Source: a bacterium UBP14_UBA6098 | GTDB taxonomy: Bacteria > UBP14 > UBA6098 | Assembly (NCBI GenBank): GCA_002428525.1 | Contig: DIWU01000014.1 | Location: 16,637-80,636 of the forward strand | Reading direction: 5' to 3' | Length of the DNA stretch: 64,000 nucleotides | Part shown: positions 27,740 to 37,764 of the stretch, one piece after another | Layout of the letters: every line of letters begins with the position of its first letter | Position numbering within the stretch: position 1 is the first letter of the stretch | Translations under genes and position numbers: made by a program | The notes under the pieces: generated by a model | What the model was told of the DNA's origin: nothing | What the model saw: the letters and a program-made list of their open reading frames with translations, nothing else | Database searches by the model: none

Positions 27740-29170
27740 CTACTTTATCAGGACAAAGCTCGCCGCTTGAACCTCTGCGCCCTCGAGAGCGAGGACAGCG
27801 CTGTATATCCCGCTGGGCAGACCCTCCATCGACAGCGGAATACGATTCTCGCCGCGATAAATCCAAAATGAGTTCGCGGGGTTGGCAACTACCCGCCCAT
27901 TTAGGTCGAGTATTTGAACCTCCGCGGTTCCTGCGCGCTCGGAATGGAAAACAATATTCCCTGAGGCATTGAAGGGATTGGGGTAAACCGACAACCCCGC
28001 CTTCGAGGGCGTTTCTCTGCGGGATTCCTTCACAAAAAGCGAACGAATCTCCCAATACTTTGCTAAGATCGCCTCGGCGAACTGTGTTTGGAGGTTGCCA
28101 AGAACGGCCGGGTCGATGTCCGCGATCGAATCGGAACCGATTTCGGCGCGCACTCGGGCGCAGATCTCGGCCTCGACGGGCGCGAAGCTCGATAGGATAT
28201 TGGATAGGGCGTAAGTATCGATTGTGTAGGTTCCGGTATAGACAAGCGATTTCATATCGATGGCCATATCGCAAAGAGCACTGCCCTCGGTGCCGCAAAG
28301 CCCCTCCGGAAGGCTCTTCGCATGGATCCAAAGGGGGATAGGTATCGCGCAAATAGGCTGACCCAAAAACTGCCACATCGTCGGCGGGAAGGTGCCGTCG
28401 ATAACACAAGCGCTCGAGGTGTAAAAGCGGTTGATCGAGGTGCTTGCTTCGATGATACCCGTGCTGTATCCGCGAAAAACACCCTCGAAGGGGAGCGGGT
28501 ATGGATCGAGTTCCTCGGTTGTGAGATCGCGGGCAAGCCCGAAAAGAAGCATTTCCGGCTCGACGCCTTGGGCGGTCATCAGCAACGATTCAGCTCGCGC
28601 GCGCCTGTCAGTCCCTATCCGGTCGGATTCCCCGCCGGAGTCGGCGTAGTTCGTCCTGACAATAACCCCCTCGGGGGCCTCGCTCGCATCGTAGCGGACA
28701 TAGTAGTCTCTGCCGGCCTCGAAAAGAACCGCGGAGCCGGTCGCATCGATGAGGCCGTAGCAATGGGTCGATCGGCGAACCGTGGTATTCGTGCTGTCGA
28801 GGTAGGCCTGAAATTCATCGATTGTCGAGAAATTCCCCAGCGCATGAAACATAACGTGGCCGTCGTCGTCGCCGTAGGAGCCCCAAGGGCCTTGGTTGTA
28901 GGTATCCGAGTTGATTATCGCCAAACCGGCGGAATTAACGCCCGACCATACGCGGTCGAACTCGCCCTCGTAAACATTGGCGATGAACTCGAACGGTTCC
29001 GAGGTGAAATAGCGAACCTCTTGGTGAATCCCGAGGACATCGCGATTCTTCCAGAGCAACGGCCCGCGGCCCTCCGAGCCGGCAACGACCGCGATAGTGC
29101 AGGGGAGCACGGTTGCCGCAAGTATCGACAGGCCGAGAATAACTGCGAATTGTTTAAAAACGAGATTCAT
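27740..29170 (-). CDS. secreted Ntn-hydrolase-like protein (Cys-nucleophile, C45/choloylglycine-hydrolase-like) with T9SS-type C-terminal sorting domain
   Basis: Signal peptide followed by LPCTIAVVAGSEGRGPLLWKNRDV, i.e. Cys right after the predicted cleavage site and an NRD motif. C-terminal ~80 aa read YPNPFN...VQILDLNGRVV...LPSGIYSAVL (Por/T9SS tail-like). Confidence 0.6.
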   Translation of the reverse strand: MNLVFKQFAVILGLSILAATVLPCTIAVVAGSEGRGPLLWKNRDVLGIHQEVRYFTSEPFEFIANVYEGEFDRVWSGVNSAGLAIINSDTYNQGPWGSYGDDDGHVMFHALGNFSTIDEFQAYLDSTNTTVRRSTHCYGLIDATGSAVLFEAGRDYYVRYDASEAPEGVIVRTNYADSGGESDRIGTDRRARAESLLMTAQGVEPEMLLFGLARDLTTEELDPYPLPFEGVFRGYSTGIIEASTSINRFYTSSACVIDGTFPPTMWQFLGQPICAIPIPLWIHAKSLPEGLCGTEGSALCDMAIDMKSLVYTGTYTIDTYALSNILSSFAPVEAEICARVRAEIGSDSIADIDPAVLGNLQTQFAEAILAKYWEIRSLFVKESRRETPSKAGLSVYPNPFNASGNIVFHSERAGTAEVQILDLNGRVVANPANSFWIYRGENRIPLSMEGLPSGIYSAVLALEGAEVQAASFVLIK

Positions 29171-29222
29171 AACTAAGAAAATATAAATAATAATAACTTT
29201 TTCGTCAAGCCAAATCGACGAC

Positions 29223-31391
29223 TCATCTGAATTCGGAGAGTATCCTTCGAGCCTTGTCGGTGATCAGGTCCTTGCGAACTCCTAATATCGACTTGATCCC
29301 GCGGAGCAAATCGAAATCCTGCCATTCGCTGATGAACGACTTGAGGGCATTCTTGATGTCCTCATTCGGCTCGCATTTCGCAATCGAATCGAGAAGCGTC
29401 AAGATAAACTCCTCTTTTTCATAGCTGTTCATAGCCGAGGTATAGGAGTTCCAAAGGTATAGTGTGTCGATAAGGAAAGCCCGCGCCTGATCGCCGCGAA
29501 GCTGACCGACAACCCGAATAATATCGATCCATTGGTCTCTGCGAGTGTGAAAAAAGCGAACTAAAATCGGAACCGAGATCTGCGAATCGAGACGTTGCAA
29601 TAAAAGGAGTATCTGGGAATGCCATTTTTTATCGCTACTATACAACCATTTGACAAGGACTTTAATGGCCTCCTCGCTAGCGACCTGAGCGATAGCATCG
29701 AGCGCGGAATGCTTAATATCCTGATCGCGGTCGTCGGCCATGCGAACGAGCATGGGCAAGGCCTTGTCGCCGGCGACGATCGCAAGTGCGGTCATCGCGG
29801 AAGACAGCCGCCTTCGGCTCTCCTCCGCCAACAACTTGCCGGACATATCCCTCGGCATGGAGCCTATTCGAGAAAGCTCCGAGACGAAGACCCAAGCCGG
29901 TTTTTCGGGATTCCTCTTGAGGGCCTTCGAGATTTTAACGGTGTATTCTTGCGATTCCCTGCTCATCGCGTCCAGAAGCCGCTGATAAACCTCTTTGGAG
30001 TCTATCATTCTGATAAGCTCTTCAACCTCCATCGGCACGGAGAAGAAATCCTCGTTGATCGCCAAAATCAGCGACTCCAGCGGCGCACCGACCGACATGG
30101 AGGCGAAAAAGCTCTGCGCGTCGGCAACAAGGCCGTCCGAGAGGCGCGAATCCTTTCTGCGAAGATCGTATATTCGGGCTATATTCAATGCCTGCAAGGT
30201 CTTGCCGCGCGCAAGGTAATTCGTCACGAGCCAAACCATGGTTGTTGTGAGAAACTCGGTCTCGAGGCCCGAATTCACCTCGCGCACCTTCTCCGAAATC
30301 CTCTTCTTCGAGAAGTTATTTATCAGCCCCTGATCCGACCGCGCAAAAATCGAAGCGACAAAAACCTCGGGGATGATCAAGAAGCCGGGGATAGGATTCT
30401 TCGCGAACAACGACTTCAAATAGTGGTAAACTATCTCGACGCCCTCGAGATCGAGCGAGTCGAGGTTCAGCTCGAATAGCGACAAAAGGCGCTTTTTGGC
30501 TTCCTTGAGGTCAACTCCCCGTTTCAGCAGGAGGATAAAATCCTCAAGGCCGTCAACCAAGCCCTTGCGAAACTCCATCGCGACCTCTGAAGTCGAGGCG
30601 GGGCGCTCGAAAACACTGCGCTTACGGATTTTCCTATACCAGCTCTCGAGCTCGGCGCCACGTTCCGGCCCAAGTATCGCGCGATGCCTTTCGATCAGGG
30701 CGTCCAGCTCCTTCACCTCCGCGGGATCGATCGAGGAGGGTTGCCTCCTGAGGACATCCTCGACCCGCCGCAATATTCCTTGTTCTCCAAGATAGTAAAT
30801 AGTTTCTTGTGAAAGACCGGAGATATCCTGAAGTATCCTCGAAGCGGCGAGGGGCTTAAGCTCGTCGATTACAAAACGCTTGGGTTCGTCCGGCTCCCTA
30901 TTATCTACCTCCCTATTATCTTTCTCCGATGAAACGCGGCGATACTCGACGCTATTCGCCGCGATTGTCTCAATCCCACCGGACATCAGATATTCGGAAA
31001 GCCCTATCTCGCCTTGAGTTTCGGATCGAAGGAAATAGCCGAGAAGGTAATCGAAATCGGCCTGTTTTAATGCCTTCCCGAAAACTATTGAACTCACATT
31101 TTTGCGATTTAAAACCCCCGCGAGCATACGAGAGAAATTATCGCCTTTAAGCGAAGCGCCATTGGCAATGAGATTGCCGTCGTCCGCGACCGAAAGACAC
31201 AGCGATGATCTAAACTTGAGAGTCTTACGAATCGTAGTGTAGGCCTTCACCATCGTCTCTTTTGCCGCCGGATGTCCTTTGCCGTACATCTCGGACTTGC
31301 CGATAGCGACATGAAAGTCCTTCACTACCTCGCGAAGCACCCCTTCTGAGTATGAATCGTTTTTTTCGCTACCGCGCAAAAACCCCCGCAA
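29223..31391 (-). CDS. hypothetical protein with C-terminal HEAT/PBS-lyase-like repeats
   Basis: 722 aa. The C-terminal third has repeated ~30-aa helical units (ALDAIAQVASEEAIKVLVKWL...). The N-terminal region matches no known family. Confidence 0.5.
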   Translation of the reverse strand: MRGFLRGSEKNDSYSEGVLREVVKDFHVAIGKSEMYGKGHPAAKETMVKAYTTIRKTLKFRSSLCLSVADDGNLIANGASLKGDNFSRMLAGVLNRKNVSSIVFGKALKQADFDYLLGYFLRSETQGEIGLSEYLMSGGIETIAANSVEYRRVSSEKDNREVDNREPDEPKRFVIDELKPLAASRILQDISGLSQETIYYLGEQGILRRVEDVLRRQPSSIDPAEVKELDALIERHRAILGPERGAELESWYRKIRKRSVFERPASTSEVAMEFRKGLVDGLEDFILLLKRGVDLKEAKKRLLSLFELNLDSLDLEGVEIVYHYLKSLFAKNPIPGFLIIPEVFVASIFARSDQGLINNFSKKRISEKVREVNSGLETEFLTTTMVWLVTNYLARGKTLQALNIARIYDLRRKDSRLSDGLVADAQSFFASMSVGAPLESLILAINEDFFSVPMEVEELIRMIDSKEVYQRLLDAMSRESQEYTVKISKALKRNPEKPAWVFVSELSRIGSMPRDMSGKLLAEESRRRLSSAMTALAIVAGDKALPMLVRMADDRDQDIKHSALDAIAQVASEEAIKVLVKWLYSSDKKWHSQILLLLQRLDSQISVPILVRFFHTRRDQWIDIIRVVGQLRGDQARAFLIDTLYLWNSYTSAMNSYEKEEFILTLLDSIAKCEPNEDIKNALKSFISEWQDFDLLRGIKSILGVRKDLITDKARRILSEFR

Positions 31392-31672
31392 TCAAATTTT
31401 ATAGAAATATCCCCTTGGAACTCGCTTCCTTGGGGCATAAATATTCCCTTATAGCAAGCTCTTTCGGCTTCACTCCAAAAATTTCCCGCCCAACCGAAAA
31501 GATAACCCAAAGCGGAACTATCGATCACTCGAGGTAAGCGATTGTTCTGCATTTGGTTATATATGCCCGAGCGGCGCTCCTTTTCAGAGCTCCACTTGTT
31601 TTAACAACAAGACGCTTTGTTAAATTTTATTTAAGTGAAAGATATATGCAAAGATTTTTTTTATAAAAATCC

Positions 31673-32824
31673 CTAACCTACAACACTCGGTTCCACAACA
31701 AGTTCCCCGCGCGAGAACCTATCGACGGAAAGCGGTCGAATATCAACCGAGGTCTGCTCGCCGAGCATCGATTGCGCAATACATACAGCGGTCATCGGGG
31801 CGATCATAAAACCGTGGCCGGAAAAACCCACGGCGTTAAAGAAACCCTTCAGCGCGCTGTGCTCGCCAAGTATCGGCGCGGCGTCGGGGGTTTTATTATA
31901 GCTACCCGCCCATTGGCGAACAATCCTCAGGTTGCCAAGCGTAGGCAGGATTTCAAGAAGCTCGCCGGTGAGAAGCTCGAGCCATTGCCAGCTCGAATGA
32001 ATATTGTGGTTTGGTTCTTCCTTCTCGCCGATCCCAATGACAAAACTGCCGTGCGGGACCTGCTGAAGGTATATACCGATTTGAAAGCTAATAACCATGG
32101 TGTTAAAAGACGGCTCCACCGGCTCTGTGACGAGGCACTGATGGCGCTCGGGATAGGTCGGGAGCTCGATCCCCGCGAGGGCGGCGACCTCCTTCGACCA
32201 AGGCCCTGCGGCATTGACGACTAACCTTGTCGAGATCGTCCCTTTTTCAGTGACAACACCGGCTATCCTTTCCCCCTCGACGAGGATAGCCTTCGCCTCC
32301 GTCCGGCGGAAGATCCTCGCACCTCCGCGCTCCGCGGCGCGGGCATAGGCGAAATTCGTCTTAAAGGGATTTGCGTGACCGTCGGTCGGGCAATAGGTCG
32401 CCCGAATGAACTTTTCGGTGTTTATCGGAGGGCAAATCTCGCGTGCTTCATCGTGAGATACAAATCTACTGGGAATCTCAAGCGAATTTTGAAGCTTGAT
32501 ATTACGTTCGAACTGCTCGACCTGCTCCGGCGTATGCGCGAGGATCAAATATCCCCCCTGCCTGAATTCGATATCGCAATCCAGTTCCTCGGAAAGCCGC
32601 TCAAAGATATCGACCGAGCCTTTCGCAAGACGGCAGTTCATCTCGAGGCCCCATTGCTGGCGCACTCCAGCCCCGCATCTTCCGGTCGAGCCGCTGGAGA
32701 GATAGCCCTTCTCGAGTATAACGATATCCCTCATCCCGCGCTTGGTAAGCTCATAGGCAATAGCCGAGCCGACAACTCCTCCGCCGATAATAACAACCTC
32801 GGCACTCCGCGGAAAATCGCTCAT
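31673..32824 (-). CDS. FAD-dependent oxidoreductase (DadA/sarcosine-oxidase-beta-like)
   Basis: VVIIGGGVVGSAIAYEL dinucleotide-binding motif near the N-terminus. The start overlaps the stop of the upstream [2Fe-2S] gene. Confidence 0.8.
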   Translation of the reverse strand: MSDFPRSAEVVIIGGGVVGSAIAYELTKRGMRDIVILEKGYLSSGSTGRCGAGVRQQWGLEMNCRLAKGSVDIFERLSEELDCDIEFRQGGYLILAHTPEQVEQFERNIKLQNSLEIPSRFVSHDEAREICPPINTEKFIRATYCPTDGHANPFKTNFAYARAAERGGARIFRRTEAKAILVEGERIAGVVTEKGTISTRLVVNAAGPWSKEVAALAGIELPTYPERHQCLVTEPVEPSFNTMVISFQIGIYLQQVPHGSFVIGIGEKEEPNHNIHSSWQWLELLTGELLEILPTLGNLRIVRQWAGSYNKTPDAAPILGEHSALKGFFNAVGFSGHGFMIAPMTAVCIAQSMLGEQTSVDIRPLSVDRFSRGELVVEPSVVG

Positions 32825-33105
32825 CTCTTTCCCCTTTCGCTTCCGGATTCGACTGCGGTGAAGGTGGTCACCTGAGTCGGAGGCCTTTTTGTCGGAAGAC
32901 AAACCTCCTCGACCGAAACACCGAGGTGCTTCGCAAGCTCCTTACGTATCAGGGGAAGGCATGTCCTTCCGCCGCACGGCCCCATCCCGGCGCGCAGGAA
33001 ACGTTTCAATTCCTCGAAATCGGTATAGCCGGCGGCGATAGCCGATTTTATCTCGTCCAATGTCAGATCTTCGCACCTGCAAACAATTATTTTATCTTCG
33101 CCCAT
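32821..33105 (-). CDS. (2Fe-2S)-binding protein, BFD-like domain
   Basis: IIVCRCEDLTLDEIKSAIAAG...GMGPCGGRTC matches the BFD-like [2Fe-2S] CxC...CxxxxC pattern. Confidence 0.7.
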   Translation of the reverse strand: MGEDKIIVCRCEDLTLDEIKSAIAAGYTDFEELKRFLRAGMGPCGGRTCLPLIRKELAKHLGVSVEEVCLPTKRPPTQVTTFTAVESGSERGKR

Positions 33106-33295
33106 TTCAGCTCCTGAAAAAAAGTAGAAAGATATTATAAATAGCACACGCCCCAAGGTCAAGGGCATTTCGCGAATAGAGCTTTCAAAGAAGAATATCC
33201 CGACCTTCGCCTAACCTCACTTAGCCCTAACAAATCGATGGGAAAATATGATTTTTTCGCTTGAACTCGGCCGCCCGCGGACATATTCTTATCCT

Positions 33296-34255
33296 ATGTT
33301 TAAACCGCTCGAAAAAATCAAGCGCTTCGCGCTGAACCTCCGCTTCGAGGAGATTTTAGCATTGGCCTTTTTCTTCCCATCGGCCGCGGTCACTCTACGC
33401 GCCCACGCCTTTTTCTCCGAGCAGGGGCATATCCCGAAGTATATCCGCGGCGACCTATGGCGCATCTTCGCGGTCATCGGGCTTATCCTGCTCTATTTAG
33501 GCTTTCGAAAATGGAACGCCAAGGGAAAGATCGGGCGCTTTATCCGCGAGATAGCCCCCTTCGGGCTTGCAATCGCGATTTATACAAACCTGCACGACAC
33601 GATTCACTTCGTTAACCCCCACGATATTCACTGGACACTGATCGCCATCGAGGAATGGATCTTCGGTTGCCAACCTGTGCTTTGGGCGCAGAGGTTCTAC
33701 AGCCCGATCCTCACTGAGATATTCAGCTTCGCATACATGAATTATTATATTCTCCCCTTGGTAATTCCCTTCGTGCTCTATTTCAAGGGCGACTATAAGG
33801 CCTATCGCGAGACGATCTTGGGGATAATCCTCAGCTACTATTTCGGATATATTCTTTATATTGTCTTCCCCGCGGCACCGCCGAGGCTTGTCCTCGCCGA
33901 CCAGTTCACACGCGATTTCGGGGGCTTCTTCTTCGACTCCGCCCAGCGCAATATCATAATCAACGCCGCGAGTAGCCGCGGCGCCTTCCCGAGCCTTCAC
34001 TGCGCCACTACACTTTTAGCGATGATTTACGCCTTCAAACACAGCAAGCTCATGTTCTGGGTCTTCCTACCCATCTCGACCGCGCTTGTTCTGGGAACAG
34101 TCTATCTGCGCCATCACTATGTCGTGGATATTATCGCCGGGTTTATGCTCTCGATCTTCATCTATTTCGTCGCGCCGAAGATCGACAGGTGGTGGTGCGC
34201 AAAGCGAATCTCCGCCGGCACCGCGGATGAGTCTTGCGGATGGATCGACCGATAA
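33296..34255 (+). CDS. PAP2-superfamily membrane phosphatase
   Basis: Multiple TM helices and the PAP2 motifs SFPSLHCATT and RHHYVVDIIAGF. Confidence 0.7.
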   Translation: MFKPLEKIKRFALNLRFEEILALAFFFPSAAVTLRAHAFFSEQGHIPKYIRGDLWRIFAVIGLILLYLGFRKWNAKGKIGRFIREIAPFGLAIAIYTNLHDTIHFVNPHDIHWTLIAIEEWIFGCQPVLWAQRFYSPILTEIFSFAYMNYYILPLVIPFVLYFKGDYKAYRETILGIILSYYFGYILYIVFPAAPPRLVLADQFTRDFGGFFFDSAQRNIIINAASSRGAFPSLHCATTLLAMIYAFKHSKLMFWVFLPISTALVLGTVYLRHHYVVDIIAGFMLSIFIYFVAPKIDRWWCAKRISAGTADESCGWIDR

Positions 34256-34404
34256 GCCTGTGATCTCCCCGCTTAACTTGAAATAGCCAAAGCAGGACCG
34301 CAATCGCGAACCCGCATCGAACGGCCGCACGGGAAAAGCCTAATCGCTATTATATGGAGAGTTTTTTCGCTTTGATAAAACACCGAAGCGATCTGTATCG
34401 ATTA

Positions 34405-35700
34405 TTAAGCCTGATGCCTGATAATATTGCGCGAGAGCACAGCCTCCGGGGATCCGACGGCGCTTCGATCGGCCTGAGCCTGAAAAACCTCGAGCGCGAT
34501 CGGAACAATATTAGGATCGAACTGAGTGCCGCATCCTTTCTTGATCTGATCGAGCGCAACCTCTACAGGCAAGGCCTTTCGATAGGGCCTGTCCGTGCGC
34601 ATCGCGTCCCAAGCGTCGCATATCGCGATAATCCTTGCCCAAAGAGGAATCTCCTCGCCGGCAATATTGTCTGGGTATCCCTTGCCATCCCACCTCTCGT
34701 GGTGGTGACGGATACCCTTGTCATACCCCGGCAAAAAGCGCAGGCTGGCCACAAGCTCCGCACCGATAACCGGATGCTGGCGCATTATATGCCATTCGCC
34801 CTCGTCCAGAGAACTCTCCTTAAGAAGGATCGAATCGCGAATACCGACCTTACCAATATCGTGCAGAAGAGCGGCCTCATAAATCGCCTGAGCATCCTCC
34901 TCGAGGAAACCGAGCTTCTCGGCTATCTTCAAAGTATTGACCGCCACCTCGTGCGAATGCTTAGCGGTGTATGAATCTCGGGCGTCGATCATCTTGGCCA
35001 TGGAAAAAACCATATCCCGGACAGTATCGAGATACTTCTTCTGATTGCGCATGAAAACAAAAACAACCAACAAAAGCAAAACAAAGACTGAAGTCATCAG
35101 ATAGCCCGAATTTGCGAATATATACGAACCGACCATCCCCCAAATATAGAGCGGCGGGACGCTGAAGAGATAGGGCTTCAGCTGTTTGAAAAGACCGCGC
35201 ATCTTACGAACACCGGCGAATGAAAGCGTGGCGTAGGAGCAGACCCTATCGACCATCCATACGATGAGGCCGGCGGAGAACGCCGCGACAATATCGCGCG
35301 CCCCACCCGCAAGACCGGGCAGTGCGCCGAAAAGATCGTAATAGACCAACGAAGCGACAAAGAAATCGATAACCCCCACCGAGGTAAGGACTAACCGCCG
35401 AAAAACCGCATCGCCGGTGAATACTATTTGTATCACCATTCCAACTAAAAAGATCGATGCGGCGAAGGCGGGGCCATAGGTCAAAAGGGCCGCGAAACCT
35501 ATAGCATCGTTGAGGGCCATGATATTATTCCCGCCGATATCGATGCGAAGGAAGGAGCCGGCAGATATCAATAGCGCGAAGAAGGCAAATGGGGCAACAT
35601 TATCAAACAGCGGTTCCCAATCCGCGGTCAGCCCCAAGGCTATCGCCACGATGAAGAAAACAGCGGACAGAATATAATATTTCGCCGGCGATGATTTCAT
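34405..35700 (-). CDS. membrane-anchored HD-GYP domain protein (putative c-di-GMP phosphodiesterase)
   Basis: N-terminal polytopic membrane region. C-terminal HD-GYP motifs: HSHEVA, HDIGKVGI, HHERWDGKGYPD. Confidence 0.8.
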   Translation of the reverse strand: MKSSPAKYYILSAVFFIVAIALGLTADWEPLFDNVAPFAFFALLISAGSFLRIDIGGNNIMALNDAIGFAALLTYGPAFAASIFLVGMVIQIVFTGDAVFRRLVLTSVGVIDFFVASLVYYDLFGALPGLAGGARDIVAAFSAGLIVWMVDRVCSYATLSFAGVRKMRGLFKQLKPYLFSVPPLYIWGMVGSYIFANSGYLMTSVFVLLLLVVFVFMRNQKKYLDTVRDMVFSMAKMIDARDSYTAKHSHEVAVNTLKIAEKLGFLEEDAQAIYEAALLHDIGKVGIRDSILLKESSLDEGEWHIMRQHPVIGAELVASLRFLPGYDKGIRHHHERWDGKGYPDNIAGEEIPLWARIIAICDAWDAMRTDRPYRKALPVEVALDQIKKGCGTQFDPNIVPIALEVFQAQADRSAVGSPEAVLSRNIIRHQA

Positions 35701-35804
35701 CGATATTTACTTTCGTTTAAGTCCATAAGTATTTAAACATACCGTTCTTTTCAATTTTTTCAAGTTTTAAGTTAGATTTAAAAAACTGTCCCCCAACCGG
35801 CCGC

Positions 35805-36959
35805 TCAGCCCTTCGACTTGGGCCTCTGAAGCTCGTCCTTGAACTTGGAATGAAAATCCCTCTTAAAGGCCTCGAAGCGGCCTTCGAGAATCGCCTCGCG
35901 GATTCCATAGATTAGGCCTTTGTAGAAGTGTAGCGTATGAATCGTCGCGAGCCGCATCGCTGTGATCTCGCCGACCGAAAACAGGTGGCGAAGGAATGCG
36001 CGCGAGAAATGTTTACAGGTGTAACAATCGCAGTTCGGGTCAATCGGCGATTCGTCCTTTGCGAAGTAGGCGGCCTTCAGGGAAAGCTTGCCCTCGGAGG
36101 TAAACACCGTGGCCTTCCGCGCGTTTCGAGTGGGCAGGACACAGTCGAACATATCGACCCCTCTCCCGACAGCCTCGATAATGTCCTCCGGCGTTCCAAC
36201 CCCCATAAGATATCTCGGCTTGTTCACCGGCAACTCGGGAACACAGGCCTCGATCGCCGGCCAAGACAGCGCCTTCGGCTCACCGACGGACAGACCTCCG
36301 ATAGCGTAACCGGGAAAATCGAGCTCGACGGTTTTCGCCGCTGAGTATTTCCGAAGCTCGATATCGACTCCGCCCTGCACTATCCCGAAAAGGCTCGGCG
36401 GAGGCGACGAACTCGTATCGGCCTGAATAAGCATGTCCCACTCAGTTCGGCACCTGCCGGCCCAGTTCAAGGTCAATTCGACAGATCTGGCGATCTCGCT
36501 CTCGGTTGCCGGATAGCCTAAACACTCGTCGAAGGCCATGAAAATATCCGGCCGCATCCGATACTGAACCTCTGTGGCGATCTCCGGCGAAAGGAAATGA
36601 TAACTTCCGTCGATATGGCTCTGAAAACGGACGCCCTCCTCCTTGACCCTCGCAAGATCGGTCATCGAGAAGATCTGAAACCCACCGCTGTCGGTGAGTA
36701 TCGCCCGCTTCCAACCGATGAACTCGTGAAGTCCCCCCATCTCCTCGATGAGATCGACACCCGGACGAAGGTAGAGGTGATACATGTTGTTGAGGATAAT
36801 CCGATAATCCTCAGCCTCGAGATCGCGCGATTCGAGGGTTTTGACAGTCCCGCGCGTGCCGACAGGCATGAAAACCGGAGTGGGAATATCGCCGTGCGGG
36901 GTTTTCAGAATTCCCGCCCTGCAACCGCCGTCTGTTTTTATTACCTCAAAATCTATCAT
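35805..36959 (-). CDS. tgt: queuine tRNA-ribosyltransferase (tRNA-guanine transglycosylase)
   Basis: FEVIKTDGGCRAGILKTPHGDIPTPVFMPVGT N-terminus and a C-terminal zinc site CxCxxC...H (CDCYTCKHFSRAFLRH). Confidence 0.9.
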   Translation of the reverse strand: MIDFEVIKTDGGCRAGILKTPHGDIPTPVFMPVGTRGTVKTLESRDLEAEDYRIILNNMYHLYLRPGVDLIEEMGGLHEFIGWKRAILTDSGGFQIFSMTDLARVKEEGVRFQSHIDGSYHFLSPEIATEVQYRMRPDIFMAFDECLGYPATESEIARSVELTLNWAGRCRTEWDMLIQADTSSSPPPSLFGIVQGGVDIELRKYSAAKTVELDFPGYAIGGLSVGEPKALSWPAIEACVPELPVNKPRYLMGVGTPEDIIEAVGRGVDMFDCVLPTRNARKATVFTSEGKLSLKAAYFAKDESPIDPNCDCYTCKHFSRAFLRHLFSVGEITAMRLATIHTLHFYKGLIYGIREAILEGRFEAFKRDFHSKFKDELQRPKSKG

Positions 36960-37227
36960 GGGGATATAATGCCAATCCTTCGCCAAAATCGCAAGGCAAA
37001 AACTTCGGCGGGTATGTTTATCCGCTTCTCCGCAGGGATGGCCGACAATCGCCTTTCTGAAATATGGTATTTATCCGATTCTTATCAGGAAAATACTCAG
37101 AGTATAAGGGATTTTGAAGTCCGGTGTAAGATTTGCCCCGATTGAAGGAAGGCTTTTATTTTCTATACTATTAAATGGAAAACAAATATACAACTAACAT
37201 CATCCCCATGAGTCGGGCGGTTATGTT

Positions 37228-37764
37228 ATGCCTAAAGGAAATAGAAAAATAGCCGGTTTCTCGATGATCGAGGTCATGTCCGCGGTGCTTGTGCTGTCGG
37301 TCCTTGCGGCAATGTCTGTCATCAGTTTTCGCAAATCGATCAACCAACAAAAGCTAACCGGCGAGACCAATTCCGCGGCCTCGACACTCAAGTATATCGG
37401 CGCCGAAGCGCGAGTCAGCAAAACCAAGATCCGCGTCAGAGTCGATTTCGACAAGAATATAATTATCGGCTGGGTCGATAGCAATAAAAACAATCTTTAC
37501 GACACCTCCGAAAGAGTTATTGCACGCTTCGATTCTCCCTCCGGTGTCGATATTTACACTGGTTTCATCAACACTAAAAAAACAACTGGCTACGCCTATT
37601 TCAATTTTCTCCCCGACGGCAAGGCCTCCCTCGAAGCCACCCTCGTCATGCGGGGAACAGCGACGGGAATCATGAAGACTATCACTGTCAACCCCCAAAG
37701 CGGATGGGTCGAGGTTTTCGAGGGCGCGCCATCTGGCCTTGCGACCGGAGGTTCAAGTGCTTAG
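37228..37764 (+). CDS. prepilin-type N-terminal cleavage/methylation domain protein (minor pilin/pseudopilin, FimU/GspH-like)
   Basis: Class III signal G|FSMIEVM followed by a hydrophobic helix. First gene of a five-gene operon. Confidence 0.7.
   Translation: MPKGNRKIAGFSMIEVMSAVLVLSVLAAMSVISFRKSINQQKLTGETNSAASTLKYIGAEARVSKTKIRVRVDFDKNIIIGWVDSNKNNLYDTSERVIARFDSPSGVDIYTGFINTKKTTGYAYFNFLPDGKASLEATLVMRGTATGIMKTITVNPQSGWVEVFEGAPSGLATGGSSA

Noticed and set aside
28322-29176. 284-aa plus-strand ORF antisense to the Ntn-hydrolase gene
   Set aside because: It is a shadow ORF. The minus-strand protein has a signal peptide, catalytic Cys and T9SS tail.
29619-30479. 286-aa plus-strand ORF antisense to the HEAT-repeat gene
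   Set aside because: It is a shadow ORF in a long minus-strand gene. Its translation has no domain signal.
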